Below are positions 43,898 to 52,771 of a stretch of 64,000 bases of DNA, in pieces. This stretch comes from an uncultured Candidatus Peribacteria bacterium (lineage in GTDB: Bacteria > Patescibacteriota > Gracilibacteria > UBA1369). Location: positions 93,409-157,408 of the forward strand of contig CAZGSD010000002.1 of the NCBI GenBank assembly GCA_964528305.1. The letters are read 5' to 3'. The translations under genes were made by a program, and so were the position numbers. The notes under the pieces were generated by a model. The model was not told the DNA's origin, did not search any database, and worked only from the letters and a program-made list of their open reading frames with translations. How positions within the stretch are numbered: the stretch's first letter is position 1; each line of letters opens with the position of its first letter.

Positions 43898-44590
43898 TTA
43901 TTTTTTATCTCCCTTTTTCCCTTCTACTAAAGACTTTTGCACACGGGAAACTACATAAGTCAAAGCAGACAAAGCGTCATCATTAGCCGGGATAACATAA
44001 TCAACCCCATCCGGATCCGCATTTGAATCAGTGATAGCCACCACTTTAATATTCATTTTATTGGCTTCCTTGACCACAATCTTATCTCTCACTACATCGG
44101 CCACGAAAACCACCGCAGGCAATCTATCCATCTCTCTCACCCCACCGAAAGCATCCTGTAGCTTAACTAGTTCTTTTTTAATACGAGCTATCTCTTTTTT
44201 AGTATATTTCTCCAGCTCACCACTTTTCTCTTGTGCCAGCAAGTCATTAAAATACTTAATGCGCTTTTTGATAGTAGAAAAATTAGTCAAAAGTCCAGGC
44301 ATCCATTTATTCACAACATATGGCATACCAGTCGCCTTAGCAGCATCCATAATCAAACGAGCCGCTTGTGGTTTGGTACTAGCCAACATGACAGTTTTCC
44401 CACTAGCCGAAGCCTGTTTGAGAAACTCCATAGCCTCATCCAAGTAAGCAGCGGTCTTATCCAAATCAAAAATATGAATACCGCTTTTGGATCCATATAG
44501 AAAAGGTTTCATCTTTGGATTCCACCTTTGAGTTTGATGGCCAAAATGCATGGCCGCATCCATCATTTCCTTTACCGTTGTTTTTGACAT
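43898..44590 (-). CDS. rpsB: 30S ribosomal protein S2
   Basis: MMDAAMHFGHQTQRWNPKMKPFLYG and VFVADVVRDKIVVKEANKMNIKVVAITDSNADPDGVDYVIPANDD. Confidence 0.95.
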   Translation of the reverse strand: MSKTTVKEMMDAAMHFGHQTQRWNPKMKPFLYGSKSGIHIFDLDKTAAYLDEAMEFLKQASASGKTVMLASTKPQAARLIMDAAKATGMPYVVNKWMPGLLTNFSTIKKRIKYFNDLLAQEKSGELEKYTKKEIARIKKELVKLQDAFGGVREMDRLPAVVFVADVVRDKIVVKEANKMNIKVVAITDSNADPDGVDYVIPANDDALSALTYVVSRVQKSLVEGKKGDKK

Positions 44591-44768
44591 ATATCCTTTT
44601 GGTTAATTTATCCCTTCTTCTTGCGCATTGCCTATGACGCACCGCCACAGGAGGATTTCGCAATCCGGAGATAAACTTGAAATAAAACAAGACGAATCTA
44701 TTATATTTGAACGGTAAAAGCAAGCCTTTCCAATGACTTTCAGAGGTTTTGACAAAAATCCCATAAAC

Positions 44769-44777
44769 TGATATGAT
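44769..44777 (+). promoter_or_regulatory. extended -10-like box TGATATGAT upstream of the rsbW-like gene
   Basis: tgatatgat lies 28 nt before the ATG at 44805. Confidence 0.35.
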
Positions 44778-44804
44778 AATAAGACACCAAAGAGCTCAAA
44801 GCCA

Positions 44805-45371
44805 ATGGAAAACACAGCAACAAATAATAACAACGAAAACACTCAAGCGGCAAGCCAAACTAAGCCGCTACCAGTGGTAATCACTATCAGTATGCCTACT
44901 CAGACTTATTTTGTCTCTGGCATACGGGATTTCACCTTGAATTTGATCAAAAACATGACCAGTTTCAGTGAACAATGGGCTTTCCGATTTCAATCAATAG
45001 TCGATGAACTATGCAATAACGCCATAGAACACGGCTCCCGCACCGGAGAAACCATTAAAATTATTTTCGAAAGCCAGTCACAAGAATACATTCAAATCAC
45101 CGTCGAAGACTCCGGTACAGCAGCCAAACACCTCAAAGCAGCTGAAATCACTAAACTAGTTAATGAAAGAAAATCACAAACCGTCTTAAATGGACTCATT
45201 CGCGGCAGGGGATTACCCAAGATTGTTGCTGAATGGACAGATGAAATGGAATTTTCTGACCTGGCCAATGGTGGCATCAAAGCCAGAGTACGCAAATATC
45301 TCAAAGACCCCGCTTTACAAGAAACATCTCCATCCAGTCTTGAAAGTCCCAGCCATATCGTGCTTAATTAA
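44805..45371 (+). CDS. RsbW/SpoIIAB-type anti-sigma Ser/Thr kinase (HATPase_c)
   Basis: N box ELCNNAIEHG, G1 VEDSGTA and G2 RGRGLPKI. Confidence 0.8.
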   Translation: MENTATNNNNENTQAASQTKPLPVVITISMPTQTYFVSGIRDFTLNLIKNMTSFSEQWAFRFQSIVDELCNNAIEHGSRTGETIKIIFESQSQEYIQITVEDSGTAAKHLKAAEITKLVNERKSQTVLNGLIRGRGLPKIVAEWTDEMEFSDLANGGIKARVRKYLKDPALQETSPSSLESPSHIVLN

Positions 45372-45396
45372 AACAAATAACATTTTTAAAAAAGAC

Positions 45397-45807
45397 ATGA
45401 CAGAAATCAATATCAACATCGAAGACATCCCAGTAACAACAGCGGGTAAAACCGTCAAACTGGTAACATTCAAAGGTCAACTCGACGAAACCAATGTCGA
45501 TGAAAAAGCTAAAACTATTTATAGCCTCATCGAGCAAACCCCACATAACCTCAACCTGCTACTTGATTTTGAGCAACTGGAATACATGAACAGTAAATCA
45601 ATTGGCTATTTGACGGACTGGTACAGTAAAATCTCCGAAGGTGGAGGCAAAGTCGTTATAGCCAAAGCCAGACCAAATATTTTAGATATATTAGAAGTAG
45701 TGGGACTAACCCAGTTGATCACATCTTTCCCCACAACTGATGAAGCAAAACTGGCCCTAGTAGATGCTCCAGCAGCAGGCAGCACCACAGCTTCGCCAGC
45801 CAAATAG
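45397..45807 (+). CDS. STAS-domain anti-sigma-factor antagonist, copy 2
   Basis: MTEININ... start. LLDFEQLEYMNSKSIGYL carries the conserved Ser. PNILDILEVVGL is typical of STAS. The ORF-track start at 45190 overlaps the kinase gene. Confidence 0.8.
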   Translation: MTEININIEDIPVTTAGKTVKLVTFKGQLDETNVDEKAKTIYSLIEQTPHNLNLLLDFEQLEYMNSKSIGYLTDWYSKISEGGGKVVIAKARPNILDILEVVGLTQLITSFPTTDEAKLALVDAPAAGSTTASPAK

Positions 45808-45813
45808 CTTCAT

Positions 45814-46881
45814 ATGCCAAATTTTGAACCACTTTATCTACTTTATGGCGTCTTAGCTTTTCTACCAGCCATCATCTGGATATCTTTTCTATTCAAAAAG
45901 CAACAAGACAAAAAAACTCAAATCCTCATTTTTTTACTTGGATCACTTTCCGTAGCTCCAATTTTTTTACTACAATACCTTTTCAAGCTCTTTCCCAGTT
46001 TAGATATCGTCAGCTTTAGTGAGCAATACATTCAAAATCCCTTTCTACACTTTTTGATAATGTACGCTTGGGTTGGCTTTACCGAAGAATTAATCAAACA
46101 GTGGTTGATACGCGTACTAGATTCACGTTACTTATTAGTACAATCCATCAACGACTCCATTAATTTTAGTTTAATCTCTGCCCTTGGCTTCTCCTTTGCT
46201 GAAAACATCTTTTATTTCTATCACATCGGTACTCAATTAGGCCTAGCTTCATTATTAGTCGCCTATATTTTCCGTTCTTTATTCACCACCTGTGGACATT
46301 TAGTCTTTTCTGGATTTTTTGGTTATTATTATGGGCTGGCAAAATTTTCTACCAGCATTTTCGAACAAGCAAAACTACAAGGAAGAAAATTACCACTATC
46401 GAGAATACTGGGAAGAACACTCAACATTTCACAAATTCAAGCTTTTCAAGAAGTCACCATTTTAAAAGGTTTAATTATTGCCATAGTTTTACATACCATC
46501 TTCAATTTCCTCCTGGAAATGAATAACTACAGCGGACAAGCTGTCTTTACAGCTCTAGCAGCACTTTTCATTTTAATTAATTTCATCATCCTACGCTTGG
46601 TACTAGCACATCGGTCAGGAGGCGTAGAATTAGCACATGGAGAAATAGAGAAAAGCGCCTCAACCATGGACAAAAAAGATGAAGACGTAGTTATAGAATT
46701 ATTGGGCATGTGGTCACAACAAGGAAAATTCGTAGAAGTAATTCAAATCTGTGAACGCCTGCTCAAAAGAGATCCAGACAATAAAATTGTTAAACTCTTC
46801 AAAGCCAAAGCATTAGATGGAATGGATGCTAGCCACCCTTACAAAAACATTCTTAATAAACTGTTCCCCGATCAGGAATAA
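45814..46881 (+). CDS. PrsW-family intramembrane metalloprotease with a C-terminal TPR-like tail
   Basis: Multi-TM protein with GFTEELIKQ (EE motif), CGHLVFSGFFGYYYG and HTIFNFLLE. The tail is ICERLLKRDPDNKIV. Confidence 0.7.
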   Translation: MPNFEPLYLLYGVLAFLPAIIWISFLFKKQQDKKTQILIFLLGSLSVAPIFLLQYLFKLFPSLDIVSFSEQYIQNPFLHFLIMYAWVGFTEELIKQWLIRVLDSRYLLVQSINDSINFSLISALGFSFAENIFYFYHIGTQLGLASLLVAYIFRSLFTTCGHLVFSGFFGYYYGLAKFSTSIFEQAKLQGRKLPLSRILGRTLNISQIQAFQEVTILKGLIIAIVLHTIFNFLLEMNNYSGQAVFTALAALFILINFIILRLVLAHRSGGVELAHGEIEKSASTMDKKDEDVVIELLGMWSQQGKFVEVIQICERLLKRDPDNKIVKLFKAKALDGMDASHPYKNILNKLFPDQE

Positions 46882-46908
46882 TGCTACACTGAACCTGCAT
46901 TTTTCCCT

Positions 46909-48036
46909 GTGGAATTGAAATCATTAGAACAAGCAAAAATAGCCATCATCTGCGACTGGCTAACCGTGGCCGGTGGCGCTGAAAAAGTCATACACGGCTT
47001 ACACCAACTTTTTCCAGCCAGCCCTATTTACAGCACCTTATACAATCCAGACCGCGTCAAAGGTTTTGAGCATGCCCAAATTAAAACCTCTTTTCTGCAA
47101 AAAATCCCCAGAGCCAATCGCCATCACCAATTCTGCCTGCCTCTAATGCCATCTGCCATCGAAAGTTTTGATTTATCTGATTTCGATATAGTTATATCCA
47201 GTTCACATTCATGTGCCAAAGGCGTAATTTTACCACCACACACACTGCATATTAGTTATTGCCATTCTCCCATGCGCTACGCCTGGGACAATTTTCAAAA
47301 TTACATACAGGAATATCGTATTAATAAATTCCTCAAAACTCTAGCAACTCCCTTGATTCATAAAATTCGCATTTGGGACCGCTATAGTGCTGATCGTGTG
47401 GATCACTTCATCAGTAATTCTAAACTGGTTCAACAAAGAATACGCAAATTCTATCGACGTGAAAGTATCATAATCCCACCCTTCATCGAACCAGAAAACT
47501 TCCATTCTCAACCTAAAAAAAATTTTTACCTAGCCGTCGGACGGTTAACAGCCTACAAAAAATTTGACCTAATCATCGAAGCATTCAACAAAAACGGCCT
47601 GCCACTCAAAATTGCTGGAACGGGTAACATGCTTTCACATTTACAAAAAATCGCCGGCCCCAATATTGAATTACTCGGATTTGTCAGCGATCAGGAGTTA
47701 AAACAATTGTATAGTACGGCCAAAGCCTTTATATTTCCACAAATAGAAGATTTCGGTATCACCCCATTGGAGGCCATGGCCAGCGGCTGTCCAGTCATAG
47801 CCATGGGAGCAGGTGGAGCACTAGACACCATCACAGACGGTCAATCAGGATATTTATTTATGGAACAAACAGTCGAAGCCATCAATTCCGCCATCGCTAA
47901 ATTAGAAAAATCCCCTTTATCCGAAAAAAACATTCTGGCTCAAGCCCAAAAATACAGCAAAACAAGATTTAACCAGGATTTCATTGATTTTCTGGAAAAA
48001 GCCTGGCATCAACATCAAGTAACCAATTTGATATGA
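46909..48036 (+). CDS. GT4-family (GT-B) glycosyltransferase, GTG start
   Basis: IAIICDWLTVAGGAEKV at the N-terminus and FIFPQIEDFGITPLEAMASGCPVIA (EX7E region). Confidence 0.85.
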   Translation: MELKSLEQAKIAIICDWLTVAGGAEKVIHGLHQLFPASPIYSTLYNPDRVKGFEHAQIKTSFLQKIPRANRHHQFCLPLMPSAIESFDLSDFDIVISSSHSCAKGVILPPHTLHISYCHSPMRYAWDNFQNYIQEYRINKFLKTLATPLIHKIRIWDRYSADRVDHFISNSKLVQQRIRKFYRRESIIIPPFIEPENFHSQPKKNFYLAVGRLTAYKKFDLIIEAFNKNGLPLKIAGTGNMLSHLQKIAGPNIELLGFVSDQELKQLYSTAKAFIFPQIEDFGITPLEAMASGCPVIAMGAGGALDTITDGQSGYLFMEQTVEAINSAIAKLEKSPLSEKNILAQAQKYSKTRFNQDFIDFLEKAWHQHQVTNLI

Positions 48037-48965
48037 CTATCACAGAATATTTCAAACTTGCTCAAAGAAATTTTTTACTCATCGCTTTTTGTTTATTATG
48101 CGGCAGTACAACTGGTTTTTGGTTGGCCAATAAACAACCAATCAACCTAGTTGAACATTCAATCTTAGTGAATTTGGCCATACAGGACAAAACACGAGCC
48201 ACTAGCGCTCACGACAATCTCCAAGCCGCAGATCATATCACCGAAAGCATACAGGGTTGGCTCAAAAGTCATTCTTTTCAAACAGATCTACAAAACAAAT
48301 TCCCTAATTCTCTAGCTTTTACTGCCAAAAAACAGGAAAAAGATAATTTAGTAATTAGCTTCACCAACACAGATACAGAGCAAGCCCGCGCATTTAGCCA
48401 AAACCTCATCCAACTTATTAACCAATGGATCGAACAATACAATCAGAAATCCGATCTCAATATCATCCTCAACGCCGAACCACTAGCCTCCACGGCTAAA
48501 CCAATTCCACTTACCCTCTACTTAATCATCAGCACTTTGATGGGGCTAATTATCGGCTATTTAGCTAGTTGGTATTATGAAATAATTAACAATAAATTAA
48601 CTTCCGCCCAACAATTTCACTCTATTTTCATAACTACACCATTTAGTTTTAGCAATAGTCGTGATTTCAAAAAACATCATCAGTATTTTTCCAAATATCT
48701 AAATCAAAAATATCAACATCAGCCATTACAAATTCTGGACCTAACCCATAAGAATAAAATCGGCGTAGAAACCATCTCCAAACACGGTCACTTCCAAAGC
48801 ATCAAGTCCTGGAATATCCCGAACGATCTGGAACATATAGCAATCGATCATCCAACTATTATATTAGTAGAACTTGGTTATACTTCAGTACACGATTTAG
48901 CATCACTACATCGTCTAGGCATACAAAAAGTAGAGGGCATTATTTTTGATCACGTGAAACGGTAA
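48033..48965 (+). CDS. Wzz/PCP-like chain-length determinant with a P-loop-less BY-kinase-like C-terminal remnant (tentative)
   Basis: Two TM helices bracket a ~140-aa loop. The C-terminal TIILVELGYTSVHDLASLHRLGIQKVEGIIFDHV resembles the end of Wzc/CpsD kinases, but no Walker A is present. There is a 4-nt overlap with the GT4 gene. Confidence 0.4.
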   Translation: MTITEYFKLAQRNFLLIAFCLLCGSTTGFWLANKQPINLVEHSILVNLAIQDKTRATSAHDNLQAADHITESIQGWLKSHSFQTDLQNKFPNSLAFTAKKQEKDNLVISFTNTDTEQARAFSQNLIQLINQWIEQYNQKSDLNIILNAEPLASTAKPIPLTLYLIISTLMGLIIGYLASWYYEIINNKLTSAQQFHSIFITTPFSFSNSRDFKKHHQYFSKYLNQKYQHQPLQILDLTHKNKIGVETISKHGHFQSIKSWNIPNDLEHIAIDHPTIILVELGYTSVHDLASLHRLGIQKVEGIIFDHVKR

Positions 48966-48978
48966 AAATAGCCAATTT

Positions 48979-50205
48979 TTAGTGGTCTCCCGCGTGAATA
49001 CGACGACCGACATCACTCACAAATATTGACAATATCGTCGCAATCGGAATTGCCAAAACCAATCCCAACACGCCCAACAGCTGAAAACCAACCATTAAAG
49101 CAAAAATAATCACCAACGGACTAAGTCCAACAGCTTTATTCATCAATACTGGCACCAATATATTGTTTTCCAACCAGGACACGGCAAAATAATACACTAT
49201 CAGATATAGACCTAAACCAGGGGACTGATTAATAACAATCGGCAATACCAGAACCGCCGCCACCACCCTTCCAAAAACAGGAACAATCATGCATATACCG
49301 GTAATAACAGCTATCAACAAAGCAAATTCCACCCCAGCCACAACCAAACCAACAAAAGTAATCAGCGCCGCCGCCACAGACACCATCAGTTGCCCACGAA
49401 TCCATTCACCAATTTTCACTTTCACCATGCGCAGACGCTCCGTCACATAGCCCATATGCCGACTTGGGAAAATGCTTGTACAAAAATTTTCTATAGCCAT
49501 TTCATCCACCGTCATGAAAAACACCACAATCAAAATCAACAAGAAATTAAACAGCCCATTGGAAAGTTGAAGCAGTATAAACCAAAGATTGCCACCTAAA
49601 TTGAGTAATTGCCCCGAAATCACCTGCAAAGAAGATTGCAATTGTTCCGCCACTATTTTGATATCCACCGCCCTATACAATTCATCCAAAAAAGACTTCA
49701 AAGTAGGACCAAAAGGCAAATTAGCTGTAGGAGTCTGAGACAATTTCAAAACAAATTCATTAATTGAAACAGCTAAACTAAATAACTGCTGAGCTATTAA
49801 CGGCAGTAAATGGGCAAAAAGCAGAGCCACTAAAACAAAGATCAACACATAAACCAGCAGCACGCCCAAAGCTCTAGGAATTTTCATTTTTTGCAACCAA
49901 TCAATCAACGGATCCAAAGCCGCCGCCACAAAAAAGGCCACAAAAAACATCAGCAAAATCCCCCCCATTTGATAGACCAAATAAGCTCCAACCGACACCC
50001 CCAGCAGCACCAAAGCCGACTGAAACACGGAATAAGGAGAAAGATTTACAGTTTGTTCAGCACCATCACGTCCCTTGTTCAAGGCCTTTCCACGTGGCAA
50101 ACCGGATAATTCCATATTTTTTGCAGCAGGCGCGCGACCATGTTGATGAAAAACTTCTTTCAACCATTCTGACCATTTATTATTTTTATTTTTTTTTGAT
50201 TTCAT
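48979..50205 (-). CDS. AI-2E family (PerM/YhhT, UPF0118) transporter
   Basis: 408 aa with about 8 TM helices. The overall pattern and the C-terminal LGLVLAIPIATIL fit the family. Confidence 0.8.
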   Translation of the reverse strand: MKSKKNKNNKWSEWLKEVFHQHGRAPAAKNMELSGLPRGKALNKGRDGAEQTVNLSPYSVFQSALVLLGVSVGAYLVYQMGGILLMFFVAFFVAAALDPLIDWLQKMKIPRALGVLLVYVLIFVLVALLFAHLLPLIAQQLFSLAVSINEFVLKLSQTPTANLPFGPTLKSFLDELYRAVDIKIVAEQLQSSLQVISGQLLNLGGNLWFILLQLSNGLFNFLLILIVVFFMTVDEMAIENFCTSIFPSRHMGYVTERLRMVKVKIGEWIRGQLMVSVAAALITFVGLVVAGVEFALLIAVITGICMIVPVFGRVVAAVLVLPIVINQSPGLGLYLIVYYFAVSWLENNILVPVLMNKAVGLSPLVIIFALMVGFQLLGVLGLVLAIPIATILSIFVSDVGRRIHAGDH

Positions 50206-50209
50206 AAAT

Positions 50210-50659
50210 TTAACCCGTTAAAGCCGCCATGATAACATTGACTACAGACCAAGCTAAAAAGGCTATAGCCATGCCAATCAGGGCATTAGTAATATATTTT
50301 TTCCCTTTATCTTTATATTCCGAAACCATTCCGCTGGAAATATACATAAATCCACCAATCACAGTGAAAAGCAGTGATAACAAACTAACCAGTCCCAATA
50401 AATAATTACTGAAATAACGTATAAAGTGGGGGACCATGGATAGAGACACGCGGCCAGTTTTAATGGCGCAGCCTAAAATCTGATCCATATCTGAAGCAGC
50501 CTTAGAGGAGTCCTTGGCAAAGCCAGTCAGCAACGCCTCACAATCAGCTCCTCCTGCCTCCGGCAAAATAGTTTTTTGAGCCTGTACCACACCCACGCCC
50601 ACCATCATCACCATCATTATGGCCATGGACACACAATATAATTTTATTTTCGTAAACAT
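50210..50659 (-). CDS. small secreted protein resembling TrbC/VirB2-like T4SS pilins
   Basis: A signal peptide is followed by two C-terminal hydrophobic helices separated by a short charged loop: LLGLVSLLSLLFTVIGGFMYISSG...KGKKYITNALIGMAIAFLAWSVVNVI. Confidence 0.55.
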   Translation of the reverse strand: MFTKIKLYCVSMAIMMVMMVGVGVVQAQKTILPEAGGADCEALLTGFAKDSSKAASDMDQILGCAIKTGRVSLSMVPHFIRYFSNYLLGLVSLLSLLFTVIGGFMYISSGMVSEYKDKGKKYITNALIGMAIAFLAWSVVNVIMAALTG

Positions 50660-50688
50660 ATTTTATTTTTCCTCATTTCTTCAAAAAA

Positions 50689-50697
50689 ATACTAACA
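50689..50697 (-). promoter_or_regulatory. extended -10 box TGTTAGTAT upstream of the pilin-like gene
   Basis: The reverse complement of atactaaca is TGTTAGTAT, 30 nt before the ATG at 50659. Confidence 0.35.
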
Positions 50698-50724
50698 TTC
50701 ATCACCACAAAAACCAAACTTAAG

Positions 50725-51393
50725 TCACCTCAAAGATTTCAGTCCAATACGTATTTCCGACACCCCTTCTGCAATCAAACGCCTAAAATCATCCATGTAA
50801 TTAATCGATAAAATCTCCACCCCTCGATATTTTTGCTGCATCAGTTTAAACATTACCCCAGCTTTACGGGCAGCCGTCGCTTGCATCTTGAGATTACCAA
50901 TATCCGGTATATAAGTATGTAACCCCACCAAGCGCAATCCAGACAGAAGCGCCACTTCCAGGGCCAAAGAATTCACTTCCACCGGCAGCACACCATAACG
51001 CGCATCATCATTCCACACATTAACCTGCAATAAAAGCCTGCTAACACGCCCAACCCTAGCATTCAAATCACTAATTTCCCGCGCTTCCACTAACGATTTA
51101 ACAGTTTCCACTAATTCAAAATTACTCAGCAGGGGAGTGAGACTTTGCCCTTCCACTCCTCCCAAATAATGCTTCTGACAAGGCAAAAGCAAGTTTTCCC
51201 ATTGTAAATACTGATCTAGAGTAGTGAACCCAACCCTCCTTACCCCAGCAGCAATTAATTTATTAATTTGATCATACTCAAGCCCATCAGCTTCAAGCAA
51301 CAACGGAATATCTACGGCATTGCGAAAATTCAATTTGGCAAAATACTGTATTTTATTTACTATTTCCTGTAGTCTGGCCACCTGAAACTCCAT
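50725..51393 (-). CDS. YggS/PROSC-like fold-type III barrel protein lacking the PLP-binding lysine
   Basis: Colinear with the YggS pattern: ...LLAVSK... aligns with PLLLEADG, SMGMSDD with SINYMDD, and RIGTAIFG with RIGLKSLR. The start is set at MEFQV (51393). Confidence 0.55.
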   Translation of the reverse strand: MEFQVARLQEIVNKIQYFAKLNFRNAVDIPLLLEADGLEYDQINKLIAAGVRRVGFTTLDQYLQWENLLLPCQKHYLGGVEGQSLTPLLSNFELVETVKSLVEAREISDLNARVGRVSRLLLQVNVWNDDARYGVLPVEVNSLALEVALLSGLRLVGLHTYIPDIGNLKMQATAARKAGVMFKLMQQKYRGVEILSINYMDDFRRLIAEGVSEIRIGLKSLR

Positions 51394-51397
51394 ACAC

Positions 51398-52771
51398 ATG
51401 AACAATAAATTTAATCACAAATTACCATTCATAGCCATCATTGGTAAACCCAATGTTGGCAAATCCAGCCTCTTTAACCGATTGGTAGGAGAAAAAGTAG
51501 CTATTATTTCTGATCAAGCTGGCACCACTCGCGATCGAGTTTTTCGCAAAATACAATTGGAAAACCTCACAGCTATACTGGTAGACACAGGTGGTTTGGA
51601 ATTTGATAAAAAACAAGATATCGAGGCCGATATGCAATCACAGGCCCGCCTAGCCATAGATGAAGCGGACTTAATTGTCTTTTTAGTGGACGGCAGACAA
51701 AGTCCCACCGCCGACGACCTGGAAACAGCCCAGATACTACGCCGACAATCCAAAAAAATTCTACTGGTAGCCAATAAAATCGATCACGCCAAATCAGCCC
51801 ACAATCTGCTCGTTTGGACCGAACTTGGTTTTGACGAACCAGTTAGTATTTCTGTTATACACAATTTAGGACTAGAAAAATTCCAAAACATCCTAGCCCG
51901 CCATTTAGTAGCAGACGGTTGGACGACTCCAGAAGAAACATCCACTGACCAGAGCGTTAAACTTGCTATCATTGGCCGACCTAATGCTGGAAAATCCTCA
52001 TTGGTCAACGCACTATGTGGAGCAGAGCGCGTAATTGTTTCATCACAAGCCGGCACCACTCGCGACGCCATCGATATCGAATTAGTCCAAGATAATCAAC
52101 ATTTTACATTAATCGACACGGCCGGCCTACGACGACGTGGCAAAATAGAGAAAGGCCTAGAAAAATATTCCAGCTTTCGAACCATCAACGCCATCGAACG
52201 CGCCGACATCGCCTGTCTTGTTCTGGATTACGAGGTAGGTATACGCGCACAAGATCTACATATTTCTTCCTATATTTTAGAAGCCAGCAAAGGCCTCATC
52301 CTCATCGTCAATAAAATTGATTTGATGGAAAACAAAGAGGAAGAACGCAACCGCATCGCCAGACTACTCAAAAGCCGTTTCGACTATCTCTCCTGGGCTC
52401 CCGTACTATTTGTTTCAGCCAAAAATCGCAAAAACCTGGATCATATTTTAATTCACGCCACACAAATAGCCGACGAAAGACGCCGCCAAATCGATCATGA
52501 AGAATTACTGGATTTTCTACGCGAAACTTCTCACAAACATCAACCTCCCACCGCCGGCCGCAACAAATTACTTTTTTATGATTTACAGCAATTCCCAGCC
52601 GCCACTCCCACTTTCGAATATCTGGTCAATAACAAAGACATTGTCCATTTTTCCTATCAACGCTATCTGGAAAACGCTTTTCGCGAACGTTTCGGCTTCA
52701 CCGGCACCAGCCTACGCTTTTTCTTCAAATCCATCGATCCTAAATTGATCAAAAAACAGAAGCCGCTTTAA
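51398..52771 (+). CDS. der: ribosome-associated GTPase Der/EngA
   Basis: Two GTPase domains (GKPNVGKSS..DTGG..NKID and GRPNAGKSS..DTAG..NKID) plus a KH-like C-terminus. Confidence 0.95.
   Translation: MNNKFNHKLPFIAIIGKPNVGKSSLFNRLVGEKVAIISDQAGTTRDRVFRKIQLENLTAILVDTGGLEFDKKQDIEADMQSQARLAIDEADLIVFLVDGRQSPTADDLETAQILRRQSKKILLVANKIDHAKSAHNLLVWTELGFDEPVSISVIHNLGLEKFQNILARHLVADGWTTPEETSTDQSVKLAIIGRPNAGKSSLVNALCGAERVIVSSQAGTTRDAIDIELVQDNQHFTLIDTAGLRRRGKIEKGLEKYSSFRTINAIERADIACLVLDYEVGIRAQDLHISSYILEASKGLILIVNKIDLMENKEEERNRIARLLKSRFDYLSWAPVLFVSAKNRKNLDHILIHATQIADERRRQIDHEELLDFLRETSHKHQPPTAGRNKLLFYDLQQFPAATPTFEYLVNNKDIVHFSYQRYLENAFRERFGFTGTSLRFFFKSIDPKLIKKQKPL

Noticed and set aside
44591-44804. Structured rpsB leader or small ORFs in the 214-nt rpsB / rsbW-like divergent gap.
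   Set aside because: I found only a short GGAUU-GCGA-AAUCC hairpin and weak promoter-like hexamers. I cannot match it to a known S2 autoregulatory leader. The ORFs called there (44466-44723, 44603-44842) are hydrophobic and low-complexity and overlap each other.
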